A DNA stretch of 64,000 nt, taken from contig OZ024743.1 in assembly GCA_964016885.1 (NCBI GenBank), positions 252,526,001 through 252,590,000 of the forward strand, in the 5' to 3' direction. Position 1 is the first letter of the stretch; each line of letters opens with the position of its first letter. Made by a program: the position numbers and the translations under genes. This stretch comes from Eledone cirrhosa (Eukaryota). Shown here in pieces: positions 36,862 through 54,800 of the stretch. The notes beneath the pieces are model-generated. The model searched no databases and had not been told where the DNA came from. It was given only the letters and a program-made list of their open reading frames with translations.

Positions 36862-39800
36862 CAACAATATTGAAGAGAACAATATCTCAACAATAGGGAA
36901 TAGAACAATATTACAACAATATTGAACAGTATAATATTACAACAATATTGAACATTATAATATTACAACAATATTGAACAGTATAATATTACAACTATAT
37001 TGAACAGTATAATATTACAACTATATTGAACAGTATAACATTACAATTATATTGAACATTATAATATTACAACAATATTGAACATTATAATATTACAATT
37101 ATATTGAACATTATAATATTACAACTATATTGAACAGTATAATATTACAACTATATTGAACAGTATAATATTACAACTATATTGAACATTATAATATTAC
37201 AATTATATTGAACATTATAATATTACAACTATATTGAACAGTATAATATTACAACTATATTGAACGGTATAATATTACAACTATATTGAACATTATAATA
37301 TTACAAGAATATTGAACAGTATAATATTACAACAATATTGAACAGTATAATATTACAACAATATTGAACAGTATAATATTACCATTATATTGAACAGTAT
37401 AATATTACAACAATATTGAACAGTATAATATTACAACAATATTGAACGGTATAATATTACAACTATATTGAACATTATAATATTACAAGAATATTGAACA
37501 GTATAATATTACAACAATATTGAACAGTATAATATTACAAGAATATTGAACAGTATAATATTACAACAATATTGAACAGTATAATATTACAACAATATTG
37601 AACATTATAATATTACAACAGTATTGAACATTATAATATTACAAGAATATTGAACAGTATAATATTACAACAATATTGAACAATATAATATTACAACAAT
37701 ATTGAACATTATAATATTACAACAATATTGAACAGTATAATATTACAACTATATTGAACATTATAATATTACAACAATATTGAACATCATAATATTACAA
37801 CAATATTGAACATTATAATATTACAACAATATTGAACATTATAATATTACAACAATATTGAACAGTATAGTATTACAACAATATTGAACATTATAATATT
37901 ACAACAATATTGAACAGTATAATATTACAACAATATTGAACAGAATAATATTACAACTATATTGAACATTATAATATTACAACAATATTGAACATCATAA
38001 TATTACAACAATATTGAACATTATAATATTACAACAATATTGAACATTATAATATTACAACAATATTGAACAGTATAGTATTACAAAAATATTGAACATT
38101 ATAATATTACAACAATATTGAACAGTATAATATTACAACAATATTGAACAGTATAATATTACAACTATATTGAACATTATAATATTACAACAATATTCAA
38201 CAGTATAATATTACAACAATATTGAACAGTATAATATTACAACAATATTTAACAGTATAATATTACAACAATATTTAACAGTATAATATTACAACATTAT
38301 TGAACATCATAATATTACAACAATATTGAACATCATAATATTACAACAATATTGAACATTATAATATTACAACAATATTGAACAGTATAGTATTACGACT
38401 ATATTGAACAGTATAATATTACAACTATATTGAACATTATAATATTACAACAATATTGAACATTATAATATTACAACAATATTGAACAGTATAATATTAC
38501 AATAATATTGAACATTATAATATTACAACAATATTGAACAGTATAATATTGCAATTATATTACAACAATATTGAACAGTATAATTTTACAACAATATTGA
38601 ACATTATAATATTACAACAATATTGAACATCATAATATTATAACAATATTGAACATTATAATATTACAACAATATTGAACAGTATAATATTGCAATTATA
38701 TTACAACAATATTAAACATCATAATATTACAAAAATATTGAACATTATAATATTACAACAATATTGAACAGTATAATATTACAACAATATTGAACAGTAT
38801 AATATTACAACAATATTGAACATTATAATATTACAACAATATTGAACATTATAATATTACAACAATATTGAACAGTATAATATTACAACAATATTGAACA
38901 TCATAATATTACAACTATATTGAACAGTATAATATTACAACAATATTGAACAGTATAATATTACAACTATATTGAACATTATAATATTACAACAATATTG
39001 AACAGTATAAAATTACAACAATATTGAACAGTATAATATTACAACAATATTGAAAATTATAATATTACAACAATATTGAACAGTATAATATTGCAATTAT
39101 ATTACAACAATATTGAACAGTATAATATTACAACAATATTGAACATTATAATATTACAACAATATTGAACATTATAATATTACAACAATATTGAACAGTA
39201 TAGTATTACAACTATATTGAACATTATAATATTACAACAATATTGAACATTATAACATTACAACAATATTGAACAGTATAATATTACAACAATTTTGAAC
39301 ATTATAATATTACAACAATATTGAACAATATAATATTACAACAATATTGAACATTATAATATTACAACAATATTGAACAGTATAGTATTACAACAATATT
39401 GAACATTATAATATTACAACAATATTGAACAGTATAATATTACAACAATATTGAACAGTATAATATTACAACAATATTGAACATTATAATATTACAACAA
39501 TATTGAACATTATAATATTACAACAATATTGAACAGTATAATATTACCATTATATTGAACATTATAATATTACAACAATATTGAACAGTATGATATTACA
39601 ACAATATTGAACAGTATAATATTACAACTATATTGAACATTATAATATTACAACAATATTGAACAGTATAATATAAACAACAATATTGAACAGTATAATA
39701 TTACAACAATATTGAACAGTATAATATTACCATTATATTGAACAGTATAATATTACAACAATATTGAACAGTATAATATTACAACTATATTGAACATTAT

Positions 39801-42800
39801 AATATTACAACAATATTGAACAGTATAATATTACAACTATATTGAACAGTATAATATTACAACTATATTGAACATTATAATATTACAACAATATTGAACA
39901 TTATAATATTACAACAATATTGAACATTATAATATTACAAAAATATTGAACATTATAATATTACAACAATATTGAACATTATAATATTACAACAATATTG
40001 AACAGTATAATATTACCATTATATTGAACATTATAATATTACAACTATATTGAACAGTATAATATTACAACTATATTGAACATTATAATATTACAACAAT
40101 ATTGAACAGTATAATATTAGAACAATATTGAACTGTATAATATTACAACAACATTGAACAGTATAATATTACAACTATATTGAACATTATAATATTACAA
40201 CAATATTGAACATTATAATATTACAACAATATTGAACATTATAATATTACAACAATATTGAACATTATAATATTACAACAATATTGAACAGTATAGTATT
40301 ACAACAATATTGAACATTATAATATTACAGCAATATTGAACAGTATAATATTACAACTATATTGAACAGTATAATATTACAACAATATTGAACAGTATAA
40401 TATTACCATTATATTCAACAGTATAATATTACAAAAATATTGAACATTATAATATTACAACAATATTGAACAGTATAATATTACAACAATATTGAACAGT
40501 ATAATATTACAACAATATTGAACATTATAATATGACAACAATATTGAACATTATAATATTACAACAATATTGAACAGTATCATATTACAACAATATTGAA
40601 CATCATAATATTACAACTATATTGAACAGTATAATATTACAACAATATTGAACAGTATAATATTACAACTATATTGAACATTATAATATTACAACAATAT
40701 TGAACAATATAATATTACAACAATATTGAACATTATAATATTACAACAATATTGAACAGTATAGTATTACAACAATATTGAACATTATAATATTACAACA
40801 ATATTGAACAGTATAATATTACAACAATATTGAACAGTATAATATTACCACAATATTGAACATTATAATATTACAACAATATTGAACATTATAATATTAC
40901 AACAATATTGAACAGTATAATATTACCATTATATTGAACATTATAATATTACAACAATATTGAACAGTATGATATTACAACAATATTGAACAGTATAATA
41001 TTACAACTATATTGAACATTATAATATTACAACAATATTGAACAGTATAATATAAACAACAATATTGAACAGTATAATATTACAACAATATTGAACAGTA
41101 TAATATTACCATTATATTGAACAGTATAATATTACAACAATATTGAACAGTATAATATTACAACTATATTGAACATTATAATATTACAACAATATTGAAC
41201 AGTATAATATTACAACTATATTGAACAGTATAATATTACAACTATATTGAACATTATAATATTACAACAATATTGGACATTATAATATTACAACAATATT
41301 GAACATTATAATATTACAACTATATTGAACAGTATAATATTACAACTATATTGAACATTATAATATTACAACAATATTGAACAGTCTAATATTAGAACAA
41401 TATTGAACTGTATAATATTACAACAACATTGAACAGTATAATATTACAACTATATTGAACATTATAATATTACAACAATATTGAACATTATAATATTACA
41501 ACAATATTGAACATTATAATATTACAACAATATTGAACATTATAATATTACAACAATATTGAACAGTATAGTATTACAACAATATTGAACATTATAATAT
41601 TACAGCAATATTGAACAGTATAATATTACAACTATATTGAACAGTATAATATTACAACAATATTGAACAGTATAATATTACCATTATATTGAACAGTATA
41701 ATATTACAAAAATATTGAACATTATAATATTACAACAATATTGAACAGTATAATATTACAACAATATTGAACAGTATAATATTACAACAATATTGAACAT
41801 TATAATATGACAACAATATTGAACATTATAATATGACAACAATATTGAACAGTATCATATTACAACAATATTGAACATCATAATATTACAATTATATTGA
41901 ACAGTATAATATTACAACAATATTGAACAGTATAATATTACAACTATATTGAACATTATAATATTACAACAATATTGAACGGTATAAAATTACAACAATA
42001 TTGAACAGTATAATATTACAACAATATTGAACATTATAATATTACAACAATATTGAACAGTATAATATTGCAATTATATTGCAACAATATTGAACAGTAT
42101 AATATTACAACAATATTGAACATTATAATATTACAACAATATTGAACATTATAATATTACAACAATATTGAACAGTATTGTATTACAACTATATTGAACA
42201 TTATAATATTACAACAATATTGAACATTATAACATTACAACAATATTGAACAGTATAATATTACAACAATATTGAACATTATAATATTACAACAATATTG
42301 AACAATATAATATTACAACAATATTGAACATTATAACATTACAACCATATTGAACAGTATAGTATTACAACAATATTGAACATTATAATATTACAACAAT
42401 ATTGAACAGTATAATATTACGACAATATTGAACAGTATAATATTACAACAATATTGAACATTATAATATTACAACAATATTGAACATTATAATATTACAA
42501 CAATATTGAACAGTATAATATAAACAACAATATTGAACAGTATAATATTACAACAATATTGAACAGTATAATATTACCATTATATTGAACAGTATAATAT
42601 TACAACTATATTGAACATTATAATATTACAACAATATTGAACAGTATAATATAAACAACAATATTGAACAGTATAATATTACAACAATATTGAACAGTAT
42701 AATATTACCATTATATTGAACAGTATAATATTACAACAATATTAAACAGTATAATATTACAACTATATTGAACATTATAATATTACAACAATATTGAACA

Positions 42801-45800
42801 TTATAATATTACAATAATATTGAACATTATAATATTACAACAATATTGAACAGTATAATATTGCAATTATATTACAACAATATTGAACAGTATAATTTTA
42901 CAACAATATTGAACATTATAATATTACAACAATATTGAACATCATAATATTATAACAATATTGAACATTATAATATTACAACAATATTGAACAGTATAAT
43001 ATTGCAATTATATTACAACAATATTAAACATCATAATATTACAAAAATATTGAACATTATAATATTACAACAATATTGAACAGTATAATATTACAACAAT
43101 ATTGAACAGTATAATATTACAACAATATTGAACATTATAATATTACAACAATATTGAACATTATAATATTACAACAATATTGAACAGTATAATATTACAA
43201 CAATATTGAACATCATAATATTACAACTATATTGAACAGTATAATATTACAACTATATTGAACATTATAATATTACAACAATATTGAACAGTATAAAATT
43301 ACAACAATATTACAACAATATTGAACAGTATAATATTACAACAATATTGAACATTATAATATTACAACAATATTGAACATTATAATATTACAACAATATT
43401 GAACAGTATAGTATTACAACTATATTGAACATTATAATATTACAACAATATTGAACATTATAACATTACAACAATATTGAACAGTATTATATTACAACAA
43501 TTTTGAACATTATAATATTACAACAATATTGAACAATATAATATTACAACAATATTGAACATTATAATATTACAACAATATTGAACAGTATAGTATTACA
43601 ACAATATTGAACATTATAATATTACAACAATATTGAACAGTATAATATTACAACAATATTGAACAGTATAATATTACAACAATATTGAACATTATAATAT
43701 TACAACAATATTGAACATTATAATATTACAACAATATTGAACAGTATAATATTACCATTATATTGAACATTATAATATTACAACAATATTGAACAGTATG
43801 ATATTACAACAATATTGAACAGTATAATATTACAACTATATTGAACATTATAATATTACAACAATATTGAACAGTATAATATAAACAACAATATTGAACA
43901 GTATAATATTACAACAATATTGAACAGTATAATATTACCATTATATTGAACAGTATAATATTACAACAATATTGAACAGTATAATATTACAACTATATTG
44001 AACATTTTAATATTACAACAATATTGAACAGTATAATATTACAACTATATTGAACAGTATAATATTACAACTATATTGAACATTATAATATTACAACAAT
44101 ATTGAACATTATAATATTACAACAATATTGAACATTATAATATTACAAAAATATTGAACATTATAATATTACAACAATATTGAACATTATAATATTACAA
44201 CAATATTGAATAGTATAATATTACCATTATATTGAACATTATAATATTACAACTATATTGAACAGTATAATATTACAACTATATTGAACATTATAATATT
44301 ACAACAATATTGAACAGTATAATATTAGAACAATATTGAACTGTATAATATTACAACAACATGGAACAGTATAATATTACAACTATATTGAACATTATAA
44401 TATTACAACAATATTGAACATTATAATATTACAACAATATTGAACATTATAATATTACAACAATATTGAACATTATAATATTACAACAATATTGAACAGT
44501 ATAGTATTACAACAATATTGAACATTATAATATTACAGCAATATTGAACAGTATAATATTACAACTATATTGAACAGTATAATATTACAACAATATTGAA
44601 CAGTATAATATTACCATTATATTGAACAGTATAATATTACAAAAATATTGAACATTATAATATTACAACAATATTGAACAGTATAAAATTACAACAATAT
44701 TGAACAGTATAATATTACAACAATATTGAACATTATAATATGACAACAATATTGAACATTATAATATTACAACAATATTGAACAGTATAATATTACAACA
44801 ATATTGAACATCATAATATTACAACTATATTGAACAGTATAATATTACAACAATATTGAACAGTATAATATTACAACTATATTGAACATTATAATATTAC
44901 AACAATATTGAACGGTATAAAATTACAACAATATTGAACAGTATAATATTACAACAATATTGAACATTATAATATTACAACAATATTGAACAGTATAATA
45001 TTGCAATTATATTACAACAATATTGAACAGTATAATATTACAACAATATTGAACATTATAATATTACAACAATATTGAACATTATAATATTACAACAATA
45101 TTGAACAGTATAGTATTACAACTATATTGAACATTATAATATTACAACAATATTGAACATTATAACACTACAACAATATTGAACAGTATAATATTACAAC
45201 AATATTGAACATTATAATATTACAACAATATTGAACAATATAATATTACAACAATATTGAACATTATAATATTACAACAATATTGAACAGTATAGTATTA
45301 CAACAATATTGAACATTATAATATTACAACAATATTGAATATTACGACAATATTGAACAGTATAATATTACAACAATATTGAATTTATAATATTACAACA
45401 ATATTGAACATTATAATATTACAACAATATTGAACAGTATAATATTACCATTATATTGAACATTATAATATTACAACAATATTGAACAGTATGATATTAC
45501 AACAATATTGAACAGTATAATATTACAACTATATTGAACATTATAATATTACAACAATATTGAACAGTATAATATAAACAACAATATTGAACAGTATAAT
45601 ATTACAACAATATTGAACAGTATAATATTACCATTATATTGAACAGTATAATATTACAACAATATTGAACAGTATAATATTACAACTATATTGAACATTA
45701 TAATATTACAACAATATTGAACAGTATAATATTACAACTATATTGAACAGTATAATATTACAACTATATTGAACATTATAATATTACAACAATATTGAAC

Positions 45801-48800
45801 ATTATAATATTACAACAATATTGAACATTATAATATTACAAAAATATTGAACATTATAATATTACAACAATATTGAACATTATAATATTACAACAATATT
45901 GAACAGTATAATATTACCATTATATTGAACATTATAATATTACAACTATATTGAACAGTATAATATTACAGCAATATTGAACAGTATAATATTACAACTA
46001 TATTGAACAGTATAATATTACAACAATATTGAACAGTATAATATTACCATTATATTGAACAGTATAATATTACAACAATATTGAACACTATAATATTACA
46101 ACTATATTGAACGGTATAATATTACAACTATATTGAACATTATAATATTACAAGAATATTGAACAGTATAATATTACAACAATATTGAACAGTATAATAT
46201 TACAACAATATTGAACAGTATAATATTACCATTATATTGAACAGTATAATATTACAACAATATTGAACCGTATAATATTACAACAATATTGAACGGTATA
46301 ATATTACAACTATATTGAACATTATAATATTACAAGAATATTGAACAGTATAATATTACAACAATATTGAACAGTATAATATTACAACAATATTGAACAT
46401 TATAATATTACAACAGTATTGAACATTATATTAAGAGAATATTGAACAGTATAATATTACAACTATATTGAACAATATAATATTACAACAATATTGAACA
46501 TTATAATATTACAACAATATTGAACAGTATAATATTACAACTATATTGAACATTATAATATCACAACAATATTGAACATCATAATATTACAACAATATTG
46601 AACATTATAATATTACAACAATATTGAACATTATAATATTACAACAATATTGAACAGTATAGTATTACAACAATATTGAACATTATAATATTACAACAAT
46701 ATTGAACAGTATAATATTACAAGAATATTGAACAGTATAATATTACAACAATATTGAACTTTATAATATTACAACAATATTGAACAGTATAATATTACAA
46801 CAATATTGAACAGTATAATATTACAACAATATTGAACAGTATAATATTACAACAATATTGAACATCATAATATTACAACAATATTGAACATTATAATATA
46901 ACAACAATATTGAACATTATAATATTACAACAATATTGAACAGTATAGTATTACAACTATATTGAACAGTATAATATTACAACTATATTGAACATTATAA
47001 TATTACAACAATATTGAACATTATAATATTACAACAATATTGAACAGTATAATATTACAACAATATTGAACATTATAATATTACAACAATATTGAACAGT
47101 ATAATATTGCAATTATATTACAACAATATTGAACAGTATAATATTACAACAATATTGAACATTATAATATCACAACAATATTGAACATTATAATATTACA
47201 ACAATATTGAACAGTATAATATTACAACTATATTGAACATTATAATATTACAACAATATTGAACAGTATAATATTGCAATTATATTACAACAATATTGAA
47301 CAGTATAATATTACAACAATATTGAACATTATAATATTACAACAATATTGAACATTATAATATTACAACAATATTGAACAGTATAGTATTACAACTATAT
47401 TGAACATTATAATATTACAACAATATTGAACAGTATAATATTGCAATTATATTACAACAATATTGAACAATATAATATTACAACAATATTGAACATTATA
47501 ATATTACAACAATATTGAACAGTATAGTATTACAACAATATTGAACATCATAATATTACAACAATATTGAACAGTATAATATTACAACAATATTGAACAG
47601 TATAATATCACAACAATATTGAACATTATAATATTACAACAATATTAAACATTATAATATTACAACAATATTGAACAGTATAATATTACCATTATATTGA
47701 ACATTATAATATTACAACAATATTGAACAGTATGATATTACAACAATATTGAACAGTATAATATTACAACTATATTGAACATTATAATATTACAACAATA
47801 TTGATCAGTATAATATAAACAACAATATTGAACAGTATAATATTACAACAATATTGAACAGTATAATATTACCATTATATTGAACAGTATAATATTACGA
47901 CAATATTGAACAGTATAATATTACAACTATATTTAACATTATAATATTACAACAATATTGAACAGTATAATATTACAACTATATTGAACAGTATAATATT
48001 ACAACTATATTGAACATTATAATATTACAACAATATTGAACATTATAATATTACAACAATATTGAACATTATAATATTACAAAAATATTGAACATTATAA
48101 TATTACAACAATATTGAACATTATAATATTACAACAATATTGAACAGTATAATATTACCATTATATTGAACATTATAATATTACAACTATATTGAACAGT
48201 ATAATATTACAACTATATTGAACATTATAATATTACAACAATATTGAACAGTATAATATTAGAACAATATTGAACTGTATAATATTACAACAACATTGAA
48301 CAGTATAATATTACAACTATATTGAACATTATAATATTACAACAATATTAAACATTATAATATTACAACAATATTGAACATTATAATATTACAACAATAT
48401 TGAACATTATAATATTACAACAATATTGATCATTATAATATTACAACAATATTGAACAGTATAGTATTACAACAATATTGAACATTATAATATTACAACT
48501 ATATTTAACATTATAATATTACAACAATATTGAACAGTATAATATTACAACTATATTGAACAGTATAATATTACAACTATATTGAACATTATAATATTAC
48601 AACAATATTGAACATTATAATATTACAACAATATTGAACAGTATAGTATTACAACTATATTGAACAGTATAATATTACAACTATATTGAACATTATAATA
48701 TTACAACAATATTGAACATTATAATATTACAACAATATTGAACAGTATAATATTACAACTATATTGAACATTATAATATTACAACAATATTGAACATTAT

Positions 48801-51800
48801 AATATTACAACTATATTGAACAGTATAATATTACAACTATATTTAACATTATAATATTACAACAATATTGAACAGTATAAAATTAAAACAATATTGAACA
48901 GTATAATATTACAACAATATTGAACAGTATAATATTACAACAATATTGAACAGTATAATATTACCATTATATTGAACAGTATAATATTACAAAAATATTG
49001 AACATTATAATATTACAACAATATTGAACAGTATAATATTACAACAATATTGAACAGTATAATATTACAACAATATTGAACATCATAATATTACAACAAT
49101 ATTGAACATTATAATATTACAAGAATATTGAACAGTATAGTATTACAACTATATTGAACAGTATAATATTACAACTATATTGAACATTATAATATTACAA
49201 CAATATTGAACATTATAATATTACAACAATATTGAACAGTATAATATTACAACTATATTGAACATTATAATATTACAACAATATTGAACATTATAATATT
49301 ACAACTATATTGAACAGTATAATATTACAACTATATTGAACATTATAATATTACAACAATATTGAACAGTATAAAATTACAACAATATTGAACAGTATAA
49401 TATTACAACAATATTGAACATTATAATATTACAACAATATTGAACATTATAATATTACAACAATATTGAACAGTATAGTATTACAACTATATTGAACATT
49501 ATAATATTACAACAATATTGAACATTATAACATTACAACAATATTGAACAGTATAATATTACAACAATATTGAACATTATAAGATTACAACAATATTGAA
49601 CAATATAATATTACAACAATATTGAACATTATAATATTACAACAATATTGAACAGTATAGTATTACAACAATTTTGAACATTATAATATTACAACAATAT
49701 TGAACATTATAATATTACAACACTATTGAACATTATAATATTACAACAATATTGAACAGTATAATATTACCATTATATTGAACATTATAATATTACAACA
49801 ATATTGAACAGTATGATATTACAACAATATTGAACAGTATAATATTACAACTATATTGAACATTATAATATTACAACAATATTGAACAGTATAATATAAA
49901 CAACAATATTGAACAGTATAATATTACAACAATATTGAACAGTATAATATTACCATTATATTGAACAGTATAATATCACAACAATATAGAACAGTATAAT
50001 ATTACAACTATATTGAACATTATAATATTACAACAATATTGAACATTATAATATTACAACAATATTGAACATTATAATATTACAAAAATATTGAACATTA
50101 TAATATTACAACAATATTGAACATTATAATATTACAACAATATTGAACATTATAATATTACAACAATATTGAACAGTATAGTATTACAACTATATTGAAC
50201 AGTATAATATTACAACTATATTGAACATTATAATATTACAACAATATTGAACAGTATAAAATTACAACAATAGTGAACAGTATAATATTACAACAATATT
50301 GAACAGTATAATATTACAACAATATTGAACAGTATAATATTACCATTATATTGAACAGTATAATATTACAAAAATATTGAACATTATAATATTACAACAA
50401 TATTGAACAGTATAATATTACAACAATATTGAACAGTATAATATTACAACAATATTGAACATCATAATATTACAACAATATTGAACATTATAATATTACA
50501 ACAATATTGAACAGTATAGTATTACAACTATATTGAACAGTGTAATATTACAACTATATTGAACATTATAATATTACAACAATATTGAACATTATAATAT
50601 TACAACAATATTGAACAGTATAATATTACAACTATATTGAACATTATAATATTACAACAATATTGAACATTATAATATTACAACTATATTGAACAGTATA
50701 ATATTACAACTATATTGAACATTATAATATTACAACAATATTGAACAGTATAAAATTACAACAATATTGAACAGTATAATATTACAACAATATTGAACAT
50801 TATAATATTACAACAATATTGAACATTATAATATTACAACAATATTGAACAGTATAGTATTACAACTATATTGAACATTATAATATTACAACAATATTGA
50901 ACATTATAACATTACAACAATATTGAACAGTATAATATTACAACAATATTGAACATTATAATATTACAACAATATTGAACAATATAATATTACAACAATA
51001 TTGAACATTATAATATTACAACAATATTGAACAGTATAGTATTACAACAATTTTGAACATTATAATATTACAACAATATTGAACAGTATAATATTACAAC
51101 AATATTGAACAGTATAATATTACAACAATATTGAACATTATAATATTACAACAATATTGAACAGTATAATATTACCATTATATTGAACATTATAATATTA
51201 CAACAATATTGAACAGTATGATATTACAACAATATTGAACAGTATAATATTACAACTATATTGAACATTATAATATTACAACAATATTGAACAGTATAAT
51301 ATAAACAACAATATTGAACAGTATAATATTACAACAATATTGAACAGTATAATATTACCATTATATTGAACAGTATAATATCACAACAATATTGAACAGT
51401 ATAATATTACAACTATATTGAACATTATAATATTACAACAATATTTAACATTATAATATTACAACAATATTGAACAGTATAATATTACCATTATATTGAA
51501 CATTATAATATTACAACTATATTGAACAGTATAATATTACAACTATATTGAACATTATAATATTACAACAATATTGAACAGTATAATATTAGAACAATAT
51601 TGAACTGTATAATATTACAACAACATTGAACAGTATAATATTACAACTATATTGAACATTATAATATTACAACAATATTGAACATTATAATATTACAACA
51701 ATATTGAACATTATAATATTACAACAATATTGAACATTATAATATTACAACAATATTGAACAGTATAATATTACCATTATATTGAACATTATAATATTAC

Positions 51801-54800
51801 AACAATATTGAACAGTATGATATTACAACAATATTGAACAGTATAATATTACCATTATATTGAACATTATAATATTACAACTATATTGAACAGTATAATA
51901 TTACAACAATATTGAACAGTATGATATTACAACAATATTGAACAGTATAATATTACAACAATATTGAACAGTATAATATTACAACAATATTGAACAGTAT
52001 AATATTACAACAATATTGAACATCATAATATTACAACAATATTGAACATTATAATATTACAACTATATTGAACAGTATAATATTACAACAATATTGAACA
52101 GTATAATATTACAAAAATATTGAACATTATAATATTACAACAATATTGAACAGTATAATATTACAACAATATTGAACACTATAATATTACAACAATATTG
52201 AACATTATAAGATTACAACAATATTGAACATTATAATATTACAACAATATTGAACAGTATAATATTACAACAATATTGAACATCATAATATTACAACTAT
52301 ATTGAACAGTATAATATTACAACAATATTGAACAGTATAATATTACAACTATATTGAACATTATAATATTACAACAATATTGAACAGTATAAAATTACAA
52401 CAATATTGAACAGTATAATATTACAACAATATTGAACATTATAATATTACAACAATATTGAACAGTATAATATTGCAATTATATTACAACAATATTGAAC
52501 AGTATAATATTACAACAATATTGAACATTATAATATTACAAGAATATTGAACATTATAATATTACAACAATATTGAACAGTATAGTATTACAACTATATT
52601 GAACATTATAATATTACAACAATATTGAACATTATAACATTACAACAATATTGAACAGTATAATATTACAACAATATTGAACATTATAATATTACAACAA
52701 TATTGAACAATATAATATTACAACAATATTGAACATTATAATATTACAACAATATTGAACAGCATAGTATTACAACAATATTGAACAGTATAATATTACA
52801 ACAATATTGAACAGTATAATATTACAACAATATTGAACATTATAATATTACAACAATATTGAACATTATAATATTACAACAATATTGAACAGTATAATAT
52901 TACCATTATATTGAACATTATAATATTACAACAATATTGAACAGTATGATATTACAACAATATTGAACAGTATAATATTACAACTATATTGAACATTATA
53001 ATATTACAACAATATTGAACAGTATAATATAAACAACAATATTGAACAGTATAATATTACAACAATATTGAACAGTATAATATTACCATTATATTGAACA
53101 TTATAATATTACAACAATATTGAACAGTATGATATTACAACAATATTGAACAGTATAATATTACAACTATATTGAACATTATAATATTACAACAATATTG
53201 ATCAGTATAATATAAACAACAATATTGAACAGTATAATATTACAACAATATTGAACAGTATAATATTACCATTATATTGAACAGTATAATATTACGACAA
53301 TATTGAACAGTATAATATTACAACTATATTTAACATTATAATATTACAACAATATTGAACAGTATAATATTACAACTATATTGAACAGTATAATATTACA
53401 ACTATATTGAACATTATAATATTACAACAATATTGAACATTATAATATTACAACAATATTGAACATTATAATATTACAAAAATATTGAACATTATAATAT
53501 TACAACAATATTGAACATTATAATATTACAACAATATTGAACAGTATAATATTACCATTATATTGAACATTATAATATTACAACTATATTGAACAGTATA
53601 ATATTACAACTATATTGAACATTATAATATTACAACAATATTGAACAGTATAATATTAGAACAATATTGAACTGTATAATATTACATCAACATTGAACAG
53701 TATAATATTACAACTATATTGAACATTATAATATTACAACAATATTGAACATTATAATATTACAACAATATTGAACATTATAATATTACAACAATATTGA
53801 ACATTATAATATTACAACAATATTGAACATTACAATATTACAACAATATTGAACAGTATAGTATTACAACAATATTGAACATTATAATATTACAACTATA
53901 TTTAACATTATAATATTACAACAATATTGAACAGTATAATATTACAACTATATTGAACAGTATAATATTACAACTATATTGAACATTATAATATTACAAC
54001 AATATTGAACATTATAATATTACAACAATATTGAACAGTATAGTATTACAACTATATTGAACAGTATAATATTACAACTATATTGAACATTATAATATTA
54101 CAACAATATTGATCATTATAATATTACAACAATATTGAACAGTATAATATTACAACTATATTGAACATTATAATATTACAACAATATTGAACATTATAAT
54201 ATTACAACAATATTGAACAGTATAAAATTAAAACAATATTGAACAGTATAATATTACAACAATATTGAACAGTATAATATTACAACAATATTGAACAGTA
54301 TAATATTACCATTATATTGAACAGTATAATATTACAAAAATATTGAACATTATAATATTACAACAATATTGAACAGTATAATATTACAACAATATTGAAC
54401 AGTATAATATTACAACAATATTGAACATCATAATATTACAACAATATTGAACATTATAATATTACAACAATATTGAACAGTATAGTATTACAACTATATT
54501 GAACAGTATAATATTACAACTATATTGAACATTATAATATTACAACAATATTGAACATTATAATATTACAACAATATTGAACAGTATAATATTACAACTA
54601 TATTGAACATTATAATATTACAACAATATTGAACATTATAATATTACAACTATATTGAACAGTATAATATTACAACTATATTGAACATTATAATATTACA
54701 ACAATATTGAACAGTATAAAATTACAACAATATTGAACAGTATAATATTACAACAATATTGAACATTATAATATTACAACAATATTGAACATTATAATAT

